A stretch of 30,605 nt of DNA from a virus (Duplodnaviria; Caudoviricetes): IMG/VR virus record IMGVR_UViG_3300037422_000098, positions 1 through 30,605 of that record. The stretch is one strand, 5' to 3'. The translations under genes were made by a program, and so were the position numbers. The notes under the pieces are model-generated. The model worked only from the letters and a program-made list of their open reading frames with translations, ran no database searches and had not been told where the DNA came from. Shown one piece after another: positions 6,811 to 16,336 of the stretch (position 1 is its first letter; the number at the start of each line of letters is the position of its first letter).

Positions 6811-7235
6811 TCGATGATCCCCCTGAGATACTTGCGCGTTGCGCGGTCCAGTGTCAGCACTTCGCGGCGCAGCCGCGGCTCGAACGAGACGTGCACCCAG
6901 GTCCACTCGAAGATGAGTTGATCGAACGCGAAGTCGGCGCGCCCCTCGAGGGCGCGACACACCTTCGCGGGCGAACCGAAACCCGGACAGATGAAATCGG
7001 CCGCCAGCCCGAGAAGATGCGCCGAGCGCTCCGCCCCACCCACCGCAGCGTTGACCTCCTTCGATCGGTAGCCGCTCGTCACGATGATGGGCCGCTCGAG
7101 GATCTCCCGCGCCCGCTCCAACCCCTCGGCCGTGATGCGGAGATTCGTGACCGCCCACGGCGGAGGCGAGTTGTCCAGGCCGCGCTGCTGCGTGACCGTG
7201 AGCTCCTCGAGGGTGAAGTGCGGGGTGAGGATCAT
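6807..7235 (-). CDS. Endolysin, peptidase M15 family (Zn peptidase)
   Basis: LTPHFTLEEL...IIVTSGYRSKEVNAAVGGAERSAHLLGLAADF...DQLIFEWTWVHVSF, with SxHxxGxAxD and WxH Zn ligands. Confidence 0.92.
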   Translation of the reverse strand: MILTPHFTLEELTVTQQRGLDNSPPPWAVTNLRITAEGLERAREILERPIIVTSGYRSKEVNAAVGGAERSAHLLGLAADFICPGFGSPAKVCRALEGRADFAFDQLIFEWTWVHVSFEPRLRREVLTLDRATRKYLRGIIE

Positions 7236-10200
7236 CGCGTCCCCACTCGCATATTGGCGTTGTCGAGCCGCCCAGCTCCCCCCTGCCCCACGAAACTGTA
7301 GTGAACCTGGTATACCCCAGGCACCGCCACCATCTCACGCGCGAGCGTCATTCCGTGAATGTCCGAGCCAGTCGCCTGGCCGAAAGTAAGCCCCGTGCCG
7401 CCCGTGGTTCCGTAGTAGCCCGCGCCGGTGACGAGCGCGCGTTGCGGCACAAACCCGTCGATGTTCAGCCGGTGGAACATCGTGTCCCCCGTGTTGCCAT
7501 ACGACTGAGCTTGCGTGTTCGCGCGAATCTTGCGCCCGACGACGAACAGGCTGCAACCCGGGACGGGCCCGTAGCCCGACGTGGCATTCGAGAACGTGGC
7601 GGTGTACGGGTAGAAAGACTCCTGAACCCGCTCTGGTCCTTCCAGATAACTGCGGTGCAGACCGAGGGTCGCCTGGATGCTTTGCGGCGTTCCGCTGTTC
7701 CAAAGCGGCGAGAGGAGCACGGAGCGGTCGGCGTTCCAGTAGCCGAACTCGGCGAGTGTTCCGCTCGAGAACTCCGGCATGATCCAGGCGGTGTTATAGA
7801 AGGCGAACTCATCCCACCAGACTTCGGCGTTCGCCCCGGCCGTGGAGGATTGATCCCCGAAAGTGATCGCATTGGAGCCCGAGGACGTTACAAACCGCCC
7901 CGAGTTGTCCGCCAGCAGCGCGCCGTCCATGAACACGAACTGATCGGAGCCCTTGCCACAGAGCATGAGGGTGCGCGGCACGCCAGGCTCCGAAAAGGCG
8001 TGGTAGGACAGAGGTGACAGGGCCCCATCGTAAGCGAAAGCCGCCGTCGAACCGATGATGACCCCGCAGTACTTCGTGCCGTCCAACACCTCGACATTGG
8101 CGTAGTTGGCCTCCGCTACGTTCGGAGACATGGGCACCTGCACGCGCGTCGCGACGGTCCAGCCGTTCGTGTTCGAGAGCGAAAGGCTACCGCGCGTGTA
8201 GTAGCCGGTTGCGGTGCTCCCGTAGCCGTAGATATTTTGGTGCAATCGCCCGTCCTGAATCTGAAAGGCATCGGCTTCGGTCGCCGTGCCGCCGAACGTC
8301 CAGACAGGAGAATCGGAGCTCGGCAGCGACCCCATGTTGAGTTTCTGGGTCCAGGTTGGCGCGATCGGGAAGCCCCCCATGAGCCAGGCGTGTCCGCGCG
8401 CGGCAAAGTCGGGGGAGAAGGTAATGGTCTTGCCGGTGCCCTCGGCCTCCTGCGCGCCGTTGACGTACAGGCGCAGGTAGTCGCTGCCGTCGCCGATCGC
8501 GCGATAGGCCACCGCGATGTCCTTGACCGCAGCGCCAGATACGTCGGTGGTGCCCGTGATTGTGTGCTTGGTCCCGTCGTCCTCGTACAGATCGACCTGC
8601 ACATACCCGGTCGTCGCGTTCACGCGCACCACCAAACGGTTGTGGTCCAGGCCCCAGATCGCGTCAAAGATTGTCCGATCCTTCGTCCAGCCACCACCGC
8701 GCAGCAAAATCATGCCGCCGTTCGGATCGAAGAACTCCGAGAGCCGCTTGCAGAGCGCCCTCGAGAGGCTCTTGTAGGTCGTGTTCTCCATCCCGACGAG
8801 TTTGGCGTCGAACGTCCCGCCGGTTTGCAGCCACATTTCGGAGGTCGCCGGCTCCACCATGAAGCAGCGCCGCGCGTTCACCGTGCTCCACGTCGGAGTC
8901 CCATTGGCCTGCGTGGCCGCGCCATGCGGGTAGGTCGTTCTGTACGCCGCCGGGCCGGAGGCAAGGGTCCCGGCCCAGAGGAAGTAGTTGTTGGCATCGA
9001 CCGCTGCCGAGCTCTTGAGCGACACGTGATACTGCGTGCCCGCGGTCAGGCTCGGGGGCGTCGGGAACACGAAGCGCTGCCACTTGCAATCGCCTTCGCT
9101 GTACGTTGCGTGCCCCCCGCCGCCGATGGCGCGGCCCGGGATCGCGGTAGCCGTACCGTTCGTGATTGCCGAGGAGCCGCTCGGCTTGCCTGTGCCGTCG
9201 TCGGCCATGATGCGAAGCTCGAGGTTCCCCGTCGGGTTGGCTCCACTGCCCGCCTTGCCGACGCAGACCCAGATCGCTTGCACCGTAATGTCCGAGCCAA
9301 CCCGGAACCCCTGAGCGAGCCAGGTGCGCGCAGCGTCCAACGCAAGCGCCTCATAGGAAATCGCCCCGACAAAGCTCGTCGCCATGTCGCCCCACTGCCC
9401 ATCGCGGCGCGTGTTGAACGGACCACCCCAGGCGTTGTTCACCGACCACGGCACCCACCCGCTTTCGAGGATCTCGCCCCAGCCGCGCCGGCTCGGGGTG
9501 AAGTAACTCGTAAGGCTCGCCGCGTTGTAAGCCGTCGGCGGAGCCCCCGGGTTGAGCAGCTCGAAGCGCGAGGGGCTCGCGCGGTAGCGCAGCAGCAACT
9601 CGTGGCCGGTGAAGATGTCATTCGTGGCGAGCGCCGCGCCGCCCAGTTTGGTAATCGTCACGGCGCCCTGGCCTACGTCGATCGTGGGCGCGCCGCTCGT
9701 GTTGTTGCTGGGGGCGCGCACGCGAAGCTCCACCCCGTCGGTGATGGGGTTGGTCGTCGCGTTGAACGCGGGAGTGAAAGCCGCCGTCATCGCGTTGCCG
9801 GTGCCGGTCGCGACCGCGAACTGGTAGGCCTCCTTCTGTACCTGGCCGAGCGAAACCGCATCGGTAAGCGCGGTCCCGTCGGCGACGCTGAACTTCTGCG
9901 AGACAGAGCCCGCAACTAGGGCCTTCTCGTCGGCGAGCTCTTGTAAGGCGGCCTGCACGTCGGTGGCGGAGATCGGCCCGTAGGGCGTGAAATTCACCAT
10001 GTCGGCGTCGAGCGTGCCGGTGGCATTGCCCAGGATCACCCACTTGCCAGCGGCCTTGTCCGTGGCGAAGGTGCCCGAAGTGTGCGCCGTCGCGCAGACG
10101 TAACTGATCGAGGCGTTCTCCACCACGTCGCCCACGACGTAAGCGGTAGCCGTCACCCACAGGCCGCGCGGAGTCCAGGTGCTCGCGATCAGGGCGAGCG

Positions 10201-10420
10201 AGGCCGTGGTGAACGAGTCCGGGTGAACGATCGCGTTGCCCAGGAGCTCGTCGTCGCGTTGCAGGAGCGAGAGGTTGTAGATGATCTCGGCGATCGAGGT
10301 TTCGATGTTGTCGAGCTCGTCGTCGAGTTTCTGCGTGCGAACCGTCGAGCGGCCGGCCACACTATCCTGCTCGTCCTGGTAGAAGCGCGTCAGGCGCTCG
10401 TAGAGGGTCGGTTGTGCCAT
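7232..10420 (-). CDS. Tail fibre / receptor-binding protein
   Basis: 1062 aa. Podovirus-type N-terminal anchor (MAQPTLYER...LDDELDNI...NLSLLQRDD), a CBM5/12-like motif WVTATAYVVGDVV...YVCATAHTSG...W, then beta-rich LamG/lectin-like segments (LRLYVNG). Confidence 0.8.
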   Translation of the reverse strand: MAQPTLYERLTRFYQDEQDSVAGRSTVRTQKLDDELDNIETSIAEIIYNLSLLQRDDELLGNAIVHPDSFTTASLALIASTWTPRGLWVTATAYVVGDVVENASISYVCATAHTSGTFATDKAAGKWVILGNATGTLDADMVNFTPYGPISATDVQAALQELADEKALVAGSVSQKFSVADGTALTDAVSLGQVQKEAYQFAVATGTGNAMTAAFTPAFNATTNPITDGVELRVRAPSNNTSGAPTIDVGQGAVTITKLGGAALATNDIFTGHELLLRYRASPSRFELLNPGAPPTAYNAASLTSYFTPSRRGWGEILESGWVPWSVNNAWGGPFNTRRDGQWGDMATSFVGAISYEALALDAARTWLAQGFRVGSDITVQAIWVCVGKAGSGANPTGNLELRIMADDGTGKPSGSSAITNGTATAIPGRAIGGGGHATYSEGDCKWQRFVFPTPPSLTAGTQYHVSLKSSAAVDANNYFLWAGTLASGPAAYRTTYPHGAATQANGTPTWSTVNARRCFMVEPATSEMWLQTGGTFDAKLVGMENTTYKSLSRALCKRLSEFFDPNGGMILLRGGGWTKDRTIFDAIWGLDHNRLVVRVNATTGYVQVDLYEDDGTKHTITGTTDVSGAAVKDIAVAYRAIGDGSDYLRLYVNGAQEAEGTGKTITFSPDFAARGHAWLMGGFPIAPTWTQKLNMGSLPSSDSPVWTFGGTATEADAFQIQDGRLHQNIYGYGSTATGYYTRGSLSLSNTNGWTVATRVQVPMSPNVAEANYANVEVLDGTKYCGVIIGSTAAFAYDGALSPLSYHAFSEPGVPRTLMLCGKGSDQFVFMDGALLADNSGRFVTSSGSNAITFGDQSSTAGANAEVWWDEFAFYNTAWIMPEFSSGTLAEFGYWNADRSVLLSPLWNSGTPQSIQATLGLHRSYLEGPERVQESFYPYTATFSNATSGYGPVPGCSLFVVGRKIRANTQAQSYGNTGDTMFHRLNIDGFVPQRALVTGAGYYGTTGGTGLTFGQATGSDIHGMTLAREMVAVPGVYQVHYSFVGQGGAGRLDNANMRVGTR

Positions 10421-10441
10421 CGTGGTCTCCTTGGCGCGATC

Positions 10442-13400
10442 TTAGCGCGCAATCCCTTCACGCTTGAGAGCGCGCTCGGCCGCGCCGCGCGCCCCGCCGA
10501 GCTCTGGGCTCACCTTGAGCCGCTCGCGTTCGAGCGCGCGCACTTCGTCGAACACCATCTTGAAGGCCTGCGCGCGCTGCGCGTCGTTCAAGCGCTCGTA
10601 GCCGGGCGAGTTGACCAGCCGCTCGAGGACCTGGTGCGAGATCTCCCCGACGCGCTTCGCATAGGCCGCGTACTCGGCCGGCGGCAGGCGCACGTCATCG
10701 ACGCGCTTCGCCGGCAGGTTGAGCGACAGCCGCAGCCGCGCAGCCTCCGCGCGCACGGGATCGGTACTGCGCTCGGAGCGCTGCGAGAACCCGAGCGCGC
10801 GCTCCTGCGCCGGCACGGGCTTGCCGAACACGTCCACCTTTGGCGGCAGCCCCTGGCGATTGAACTCCGGCGTGAGCGGGGTACGCGGGATTCGCGACTG
10901 GATCGCCTCGGCCATGCCCGTCGTCTCGCGCATGGTGTCGTCCTGCAACAGCGCCGGAGCGCCGACGAACCCGGGCACGATCGAGCCGGCCCAGCCCTCG
11001 AAGTAGTTTTCCCCGTAGCGCTCCGGGTCGGAGACCACGTTCACGAGGTCGGTCATCCCCCGGAGCATCGTCTTGTTCGTGACGTTCTGCGCGAAGGCAA
11101 AGCCCACCATCCGCGCCCACTTGTCGCGGTCCTCCTTGCTCATGTAGGCGCGGAACTCCACTCCGTCGGCCGCCATCATCAGCGGCGTGGCGATCGGCTC
11201 GAGACGCCGGTACTCGAAGTAGCGATCCCCGGGCCGCGGGTCGGGTTTCTCGCCTGCGAGCAGCCGCTCGAAGGCGTCCACGTTGATCGAGTACGGCTGC
11301 CAGCCGGCGGCGCGGTCCACCGCCTTGCGCCCGCGTTCCGGGTCGCCGCCGCCGGTCAACACCCCAGCCGAGGCGAGAAGCGCACCGAACGCGGCGAGCG
11401 CCGAGCCGAGCATCATTTCGGCCAGGGCCTGGTTGCGCCGCTCCCCGCCGGCCCGTATGTCGGCCCGCCACTCGGCCACCGCCGGGGCAATCGGGGTGCG
11501 GCGGAAGGCCTCCTTGAAGATGTTGCCCGGCGTGCGGATGAACGGCACCACCGGCTCGAGGTGGACCCGCCGCACGAACGTCTGGAAAGCCCGCCCCTTC
11601 TCCCCGAGTTCCCGGTTGAAGGTGAAGCGATCGCCCTCCTCGGCCATGCGCTTTGCCATGTCCGGGGTCGGGTGCTGCGCGAAGTCGGTCACGCGCGCCC
11701 AGAAACCCGGCCCGCCGGGCTTCTTGCCCTCGCGCCGCGCCCGCTCCACGGCCAACTGGTAGCGCGTCATTTCCTCCGCGAGCACGCGGAAGAAGGCATC
11801 TTCGGCGCCGAGTGCCCGGAAACTGCCCCGCAGCACGTCCCCGGCGATGTCCACCGCCTTGGCCGGCGCCCCGGACAGGCCGAAGGTCTCGCCCTTGAAT
11901 GCGCTCTGGTGGGTCTCGGCCTTCTGCGGCGTCTCGCCCGTGAGCGCTGCGGTGCCGAAGGCTTTGAGCCCCCGGATCGTGCCCATGACCGCCCCCGCCG
12001 CCATCGCCGCAGCTTCCGCCTGCGACTGCCGCGGGCCGGGCAGGGCGAGCGACAGGAGCGCGGCCAGTTGCGTCTCCGGGACCCGCAACGCCGCGAAGGT
12101 CAGGTTCGAGGCGACGTTGACCGCGTGGGTCCAGGGCATCCAGAGCAGCCCGGCCTTCCAGACTTCCACCAGGGCGTCCCACACCCCGGGCTCCACCGCC
12201 TTGCGCGCCGCCGCGGCGAGCGGACCGACCTGCCCCGGGCGCGCCTCCCGGATCGCCCGCAAGGCCTGGGCAAGCTCCACCACCTTGCCCTTGCCCCCGT
12301 AGCTCTGCAGGATGCGCTCGAGCTCGCGCAACTGCTCGATGGTGGTGAGCCCGGCCGCAGGCTTGGCCGGCGCGGCGCCAGGAGAAGCGCCCGCCGGTTG
12401 CCGCGCCGCGGGCGGGCTCGTTGACGGTTTGGCCCCGCCGGCTTCGCCTGCGGGCCGTGGCGGCGCGATCGGCGCGGCGGATGGACGGGAGGGCGGGGGC
12501 GCCGCGGCGCGCTCCACGGCCTCCGTGGCGGGCCGCAGGCCCAGCCGATCCATGTTCCGCAGGATGTTCATGGCGCGCCCGACTTCGGCGCGGGCGCCCA
12601 GGTAGTAGGTCAGGACGAGCGCGACGCGCTCAGTCTGCTCGAGGAAGGCCGCGGCCTGCTGCTCGGTCGCCCGGCCGTCGGCCACCGGCCCGATGAGGGC
12701 GTCTAGCCGCTCGGCCTCACGGGTCAGGATCTCCCGCCGCGCGGCGAGCTCGGCGGCGCCGGCCGGAGTCCCCGCCTGCCGACCCATGCGCCGCTTGATC
12801 TCCTCGGGACCGAGGCCGCTCACGTCCCCGTACTGCCGCACGGCCTCCGCGTAGGTTTGCGCCCACGGCACGGCGCCGCGGCGTTGTGCCTGGATCTCCT
12901 GCTCGTAGGCCTCCGAGGTCAGCGCGAGGGCGCGCTTCACGTCCTCGGTGGAGTTGATGGTGCCGTAGTTGACGTGGGTCGGGCGCCCCTTGCGCGGCTC
13001 GACCGGCGCCCCGGCGAGAAAGGCCGCCTTCGCCCGCCCGTATTCCGGCGGCAGCGGCGCGGCGCCGAGCTCTACTGCTTGGGCATCGACTCGGCTTGCA
13101 GGAGCGCCTCCAACGTCCCCTCGGGCGCCTCGAAGCTCTCCCACTCGGGCACCGGGCGGCCCTCGCGGAGCGCCTGGCTCGCCCGCGCTTCCAACGCTGC
13201 CACTGACTCCGGGCCCAACAGAACCGCGTCCCTGAAAAGCGCCGGGGGGATTGGATGACCGAAGCGTAGCGCGTAGCGCCGCACGAGCCTGGCCGTCGGT
13301 GGTAGTCGTTTCGAGGGCGGCATAGAGGTCCTTCACGGCATTGTAGGCGATCGGCAACTCGCGTTGCATGGCTGCGCGATCGTAGTGGTAGAAGCCCACG

Positions 13401-16336
13401 AGCTGCGCCCAGAGCTCCATCTGCATGAGCGCATCGCTCCACAGGCCGAGATACCCGAACGGATACTTGAACCAGAACCCCACCGCGTCGCTGCCCCGCG
13501 CCCGCTCGAAGGCCCGCGAGGCCTCCTGGGCGAGGTCGCCCTTCGGGATCGCGTTCTCGAAGGCGAGCCGCTCCGAGGTCGAGGACACGAAGCGCCCGCC
13601 GCCCAGGTCGTCCAGGGCGTGCGCGCTCTCGTGGACCACGATCCCCGTCGCGTAGCGCGTAGTGCGCTCGCTCTCCGTCACGCGCCCGAGGAGCTCCTCG
13701 CGCATCGAGGCGATGCCGGTGAGGTAGTTGTAGAGGCCGGCCGAAGTGGACCGCCCCTCCCCGTGCTTGCCCCACTCGGCCGGCGCCTCGAGCAGCGCCG
13801 CGGGCGCGCCGCCTTCCCGCGCCCGCGCACGAAGGAAGTCGATGTTGGCTTGCTGCGCCTTGGTCAGACGCCGGATGGCTCGCGAGCCGCTCGTCAGGTT
13901 GCCGTCCCCCTCGGCAAACAGGGGGCCGCCCAGGAGGTCGGCGTCTGCTCGCGGCCCGACGTGCTCAACGAGCTCCTGCTGCCCCGCCGCCGCGGCCTGG
14001 TCGGCAGGCCGGTCCGACCCGGTCAGGCGAAAGTCGCCGACCGCGGGCGCCTGTTCCTGCGCCTTGCGCTTCGCCGCCTCGCGCTTCGCGCGCTCGATCT
14101 CGGCGCGGGGCGCCTGGCGCGGCTCCTCGCCGAACAGGTCCGGCCCGCCTAGGTCGGCGTCCTCGGGGGCTTCGGCAAGGAAGTCTGCGGGCGCGCCGCC
14201 GTCCTCTCCCGGTACAGCTTCGCGGCCTCGAGGAGCCGCTTCGCTCTGGAAGGCCCCGGACCAGTCGCCGGTTTCGATGATTTCGCGGAGGGCTGCATGA
14301 AGGTTGTCTCCTTCCTGGAAGGCTAGCGCAACGGCCTCGGCAGCGCGCGGGTTGCGCGCGAGCGCCTCGGCCATCAGTCCGAGCTCAGGCATCGCCTGGC
14401 GCGCGAGCCCCACATCGCGCAGCGCGTCGTCGGCAGCGAAGGGGTCTAGTTGGACGCCGGTCGCCTCCTGCGTCACCGCGGGCGCCGCCTCGATCTGTTC
14501 GAGTTCGGCGAGCATCCACTCGACCGTGCGCCGCTCACGCGCGCCGAGTCGCTGCCCGGCGATCGCTTTCTGTACGGCCGCCTGGATCTGGCGCTCATTC
14601 GCCAGTCCCGACGCCTCCATGTCGCGCCGCATCCGCGCGAACCAGGCCTCGCGGGGCACCCACGCCGTGCGCCCCGCCATCCCATCCCCGTGCCGTCCGC
14701 CGGCCTCCTCCCCCCCAGCCGCGCGCGCCATCCCCGTCATGGCCGCCGCCAGCCCCGGGTCGGCGCGCAACCGCTCGAGACCTCGGACCGGGGGCGCGGC
14801 AGTCTCGGGCGCGTTGGGCTCGGCAGAGGCCTCGGGCAATTCGATCTGCGTGGCGCTCTCCGCTGGGGGGCGCGGCGTCGCTGCTTCGGTGCCCGGGATC
14901 ATCGGCGCCTCGGCCGGCGCTTCCTCGCGCATCGTGATCGGCGGGTACGGCTGCTCGGCCGCCATCACCTGCTCGGCCTGCCTCAGCGCCGCCATGATCG
15001 GGTCCTCGGGCGTCTCGGCCAGCGCCTCGATGCGCGGGTAGGGCGGGATGAACGGCGGCTCGGCCTGCGGCGGGAACGCGCGCGAGACGTTCTCCGCGCC
15101 GATCGTCGGCTCGCGGGGCCCGGGCATCTGGGCGTTCTCGATCAGGCTCGCGATCTCGCGCATCGCCGCGGCGCGCGGCGCCACCGCCTCGCCCACGGCC
15201 TGCGCCGCCGGGCGGATCAGCGCCGCTCCCCCGGCCGGCGTGAGCATCGCCGCCCACCACTGTTGCGCCGCGTCCCGCGCCAGGTTCTCGACCGTCGCCT
15301 CGGGATGATCCAGGGCCCGCCGCGTCACGAACTCCCCGAGCGCCGAGAGTGCCTCGCTGTTCGCCTCGGCGACTTGCACCCCGGCCATCTTGCCGACGAC
15401 CTCGCCGAGCGCCTTGGAGTTGCCCTTGAAGGCATTCACCATCGAGCGCCCGCTCAACCCGGCGATCTTCGCCATCGGCAGGACTTCGCTGCCGATCTCG
15501 GCCGCCGCGGTTCCCAGGCCGAACTTCAGGGCGTCATCGACGGCGTAGCCCTCCTCGCGCGCGCGCAGGTAGGCCGAGCCGAAGGCCTGCGGGAACATCG
15601 TGGCGAGGCCGACCGTGGGCCCGGCCACCGCCCCCACCACGAGCGGGGCCACCGTCGAGACGCCCGTGCTCGCTAGGTCCGACAGGTTGCGCTCGGTGAG
15701 CCGCGCCGACAGACCGCCCGCGAGCGGCACGTTCGAGCGCGTCTCGGCGATGTTCCGCGCGACCCCGGCCGCCTGCGCGGCTTTCGCGCGCGCCTCCTCG
15801 GCATCGAATCCGAGCGCCTCACGCGCGCCGGCCTCCGCGCCCCGCAGGCCGGAGTAGAGCTCCGCGGCGAGGCGCCGCGGCGTGCCGGGCAGGCTCTCCG
15901 GCGAGGCCGTGATACTGCCCGAGGGCTGCGCCATGCGCGGCGCGGGCGGCGGCGCGGGCGGCCCCATCGGCAGGCGCACCACCGGGGCGGGCGTTGCGGG
16001 GGCCGGCGGCATCGGCTCGAGGTCGGCCTGCTGCGCGACGATCCGCTCGCTCAAGGAAGGCTCCGGGCGCGTCGGGGGAGTGAGAGCGCGCGCCGCGCCG
16101 CCGAGCGGCGTCGAGCCCAGAATCGTGCGCGCCACCTGCCCGACGTTCTTGAGCGCGAAGCGCCCCACGTTCTGCGCGGCCGTCACCGCGGCCTGCCCGA
16201 GGCTGCGAAGCTCAGAGGGCGCCGGCCCGGGGCCGGCGAGCCCCAACTCGCGCTTCACGGCGCGCTGGATGACGGCCTCATCGGTCCCGTCCGGGAACTC
16301 GAGGATGGTGCCGTCGTCGAGCTCGGCCTCGATCAT
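10442..16336 (-). CDS. Large internal virion / DNA-ejection polyvalent protein with zincin metallopeptidase domain
   Basis: 1964 aa, last of the ejection cluster. Internal GIVVHESAHALD...ELWAQ motif, low-complexity linkers, and an alpha-helical C-terminal region (PFIRTPGNI, WQPYSI, YRRLEP) typical of large polyvalent ejection proteins. Confidence 0.8.
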   Translation of the reverse strand: MIEAELDDGTILEFPDGTDEAVIQRAVKRELGLAGPGPAPSELRSLGQAAVTAAQNVGRFALKNVGQVARTILGSTPLGGAARALTPPTRPEPSLSERIVAQQADLEPMPPAPATPAPVVRLPMGPPAPPPAPRMAQPSGSITASPESLPGTPRRLAAELYSGLRGAEAGAREALGFDAEEARAKAAQAAGVARNIAETRSNVPLAGGLSARLTERNLSDLASTGVSTVAPLVVGAVAGPTVGLATMFPQAFGSAYLRAREEGYAVDDALKFGLGTAAAEIGSEVLPMAKIAGLSGRSMVNAFKGNSKALGEVVGKMAGVQVAEANSEALSALGEFVTRRALDHPEATVENLARDAAQQWWAAMLTPAGGAALIRPAAQAVGEAVAPRAAAMREIASLIENAQMPGPREPTIGAENVSRAFPPQAEPPFIPPYPRIEALAETPEDPIMAALRQAEQVMAAEQPYPPITMREEAPAEAPMIPGTEAATPRPPAESATQIELPEASAEPNAPETAAPPVRGLERLRADPGLAAAMTGMARAAGGEEAGGRHGDGMAGRTAWVPREAWFARMRRDMEASGLANERQIQAAVQKAIAGQRLGARERRTVEWMLAELEQIEAAPAVTQEATGVQLDPFAADDALRDVGLARQAMPELGLMAEALARNPRAAEAVALAFQEGDNLHAALREIIETGDWSGAFQSEAAPRGREAVPGEDGGAPADFLAEAPEDADLGGPDLFGEEPRQAPRAEIERAKREAAKRKAQEQAPAVGDFRLTGSDRPADQAAAAGQQELVEHVGPRADADLLGGPLFAEGDGNLTSGSRAIRRLTKAQQANIDFLRARAREGGAPAALLEAPAEWGKHGEGRSTSAGLYNYLTGIASMREELLGRVTESERTTRYATGIVVHESAHALDDLGGGRFVSSTSERLAFENAIPKGDLAQEASRAFERARGSDAVGFWFKYPFGYLGLWSDALMQMELWAQLVGFYHYDRAAMQRELPIAYNAVKDLYAALETTTTDGQARAALRATLRSSNPPGAFQGRGSVGPGVSGSVGSAGEPGAPRGPPGARVGELRGARGDVGGAPASRVDAQAVELGAAPLPPEYGRAKAAFLAGAPVEPRKGRPTHVNYGTINSTEDVKRALALTSEAYEQEIQAQRRGAVPWAQTYAEAVRQYGDVSGLGPEEIKRRMGRQAGTPAGAAELAARREILTREAERLDALIGPVADGRATEQQAAAFLEQTERVALVLTYYLGARAEVGRAMNILRNMDRLGLRPATEAVERAAAPPPSRPSAAPIAPPRPAGEAGGAKPSTSPPAARQPAGASPGAAPAKPAAGLTTIEQLRELERILQSYGGKGKVVELAQALRAIREARPGQVGPLAAAARKAVEPGVWDALVEVWKAGLLWMPWTHAVNVASNLTFAALRVPETQLAALLSLALPGPRQSQAEAAAMAAGAVMGTIRGLKAFGTAALTGETPQKAETHQSAFKGETFGLSGAPAKAVDIAGDVLRGSFRALGAEDAFFRVLAEEMTRYQLAVERARREGKKPGGPGFWARVTDFAQHPTPDMAKRMAEEGDRFTFNRELGEKGRAFQTFVRRVHLEPVVPFIRTPGNIFKEAFRRTPIAPAVAEWRADIRAGGERRNQALAEMMLGSALAAFGALLASAGVLTGGGDPERGRKAVDRAAGWQPYSINVDAFERLLAGEKPDPRPGDRYFEYRRLEPIATPLMMAADGVEFRAYMSKEDRDKWARMVGFAFAQNVTNKTMLRGMTDLVNVVSDPERYGENYFEGWAGSIVPGFVGAPALLQDDTMRETTGMAEAIQSRIPRTPLTPEFNRQGLPPKVDVFGKPVPAQERALGFSQRSERSTDPVRAEAARLRLSLNLPAKRVDDVRLPPAEYAAYAKRVGEISHQVLERLVNSPGYERLNDAQRAQAFKMVFDEVRALERERLKVSPELGGARGAAERALKREGIAR
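13072..13323 (-). CDS. Nested +1-frame ORF (83 aa) inside the ejection protein; candidate immunity/inhibitor protein
   Basis: AAGGA RBS 5 nt before the ATG and a TACAAT -10-like hexamer at 13345-13340. Globular-looking sequence RYALRFGHPIPPALF...LEARASQALREGRPVPEW, while the host frame is a Gly/Ala/Pro linker. Confidence 0.55.
   Translation of the reverse strand: MPPSKRLPPTARLVRRYALRFGHPIPPALFRDAVLLGPESVAALEARASQALREGRPVPEWESFEAPEGTLEALLQAESMPKQ
14149..14298 (-). CDS. Second nested +1-frame small ORF (49 aa) inside the ejection protein
   Basis: AAGGAG 9 nt before ATG 14298. MQPSAKSSKPATGPGPSRAKRLLEAAKLYRERTAARPQTSLPKPPRTPT. Confidence 0.3.
   Translation of the reverse strand: MQPSAKSSKPATGPGPSRAKRLLEAAKLYRERTAARPQTSLPKPPRTPT

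Noticed and set aside
7232-8100. Diversity-generating retroelement target at the tail fibre tip
   Set aside because: No reverse transcriptase and no template/variable repeat pair were seen in the window.
10082-12424. Long plus-strand ORFs (780 aa here; also 8237-9919, 21139-22557, 22949-24208 and others)
   Set aside because: Antisense shadows of GC3-biased minus-strand genes, with no motifs or RBS.
12300-12520. Further nested ORFs in Pro/Ala-rich linkers of the giant protein (also 14760-14900)
   Set aside because: No RBS-ATG pair or protein-like alternative-frame sequence was found there.
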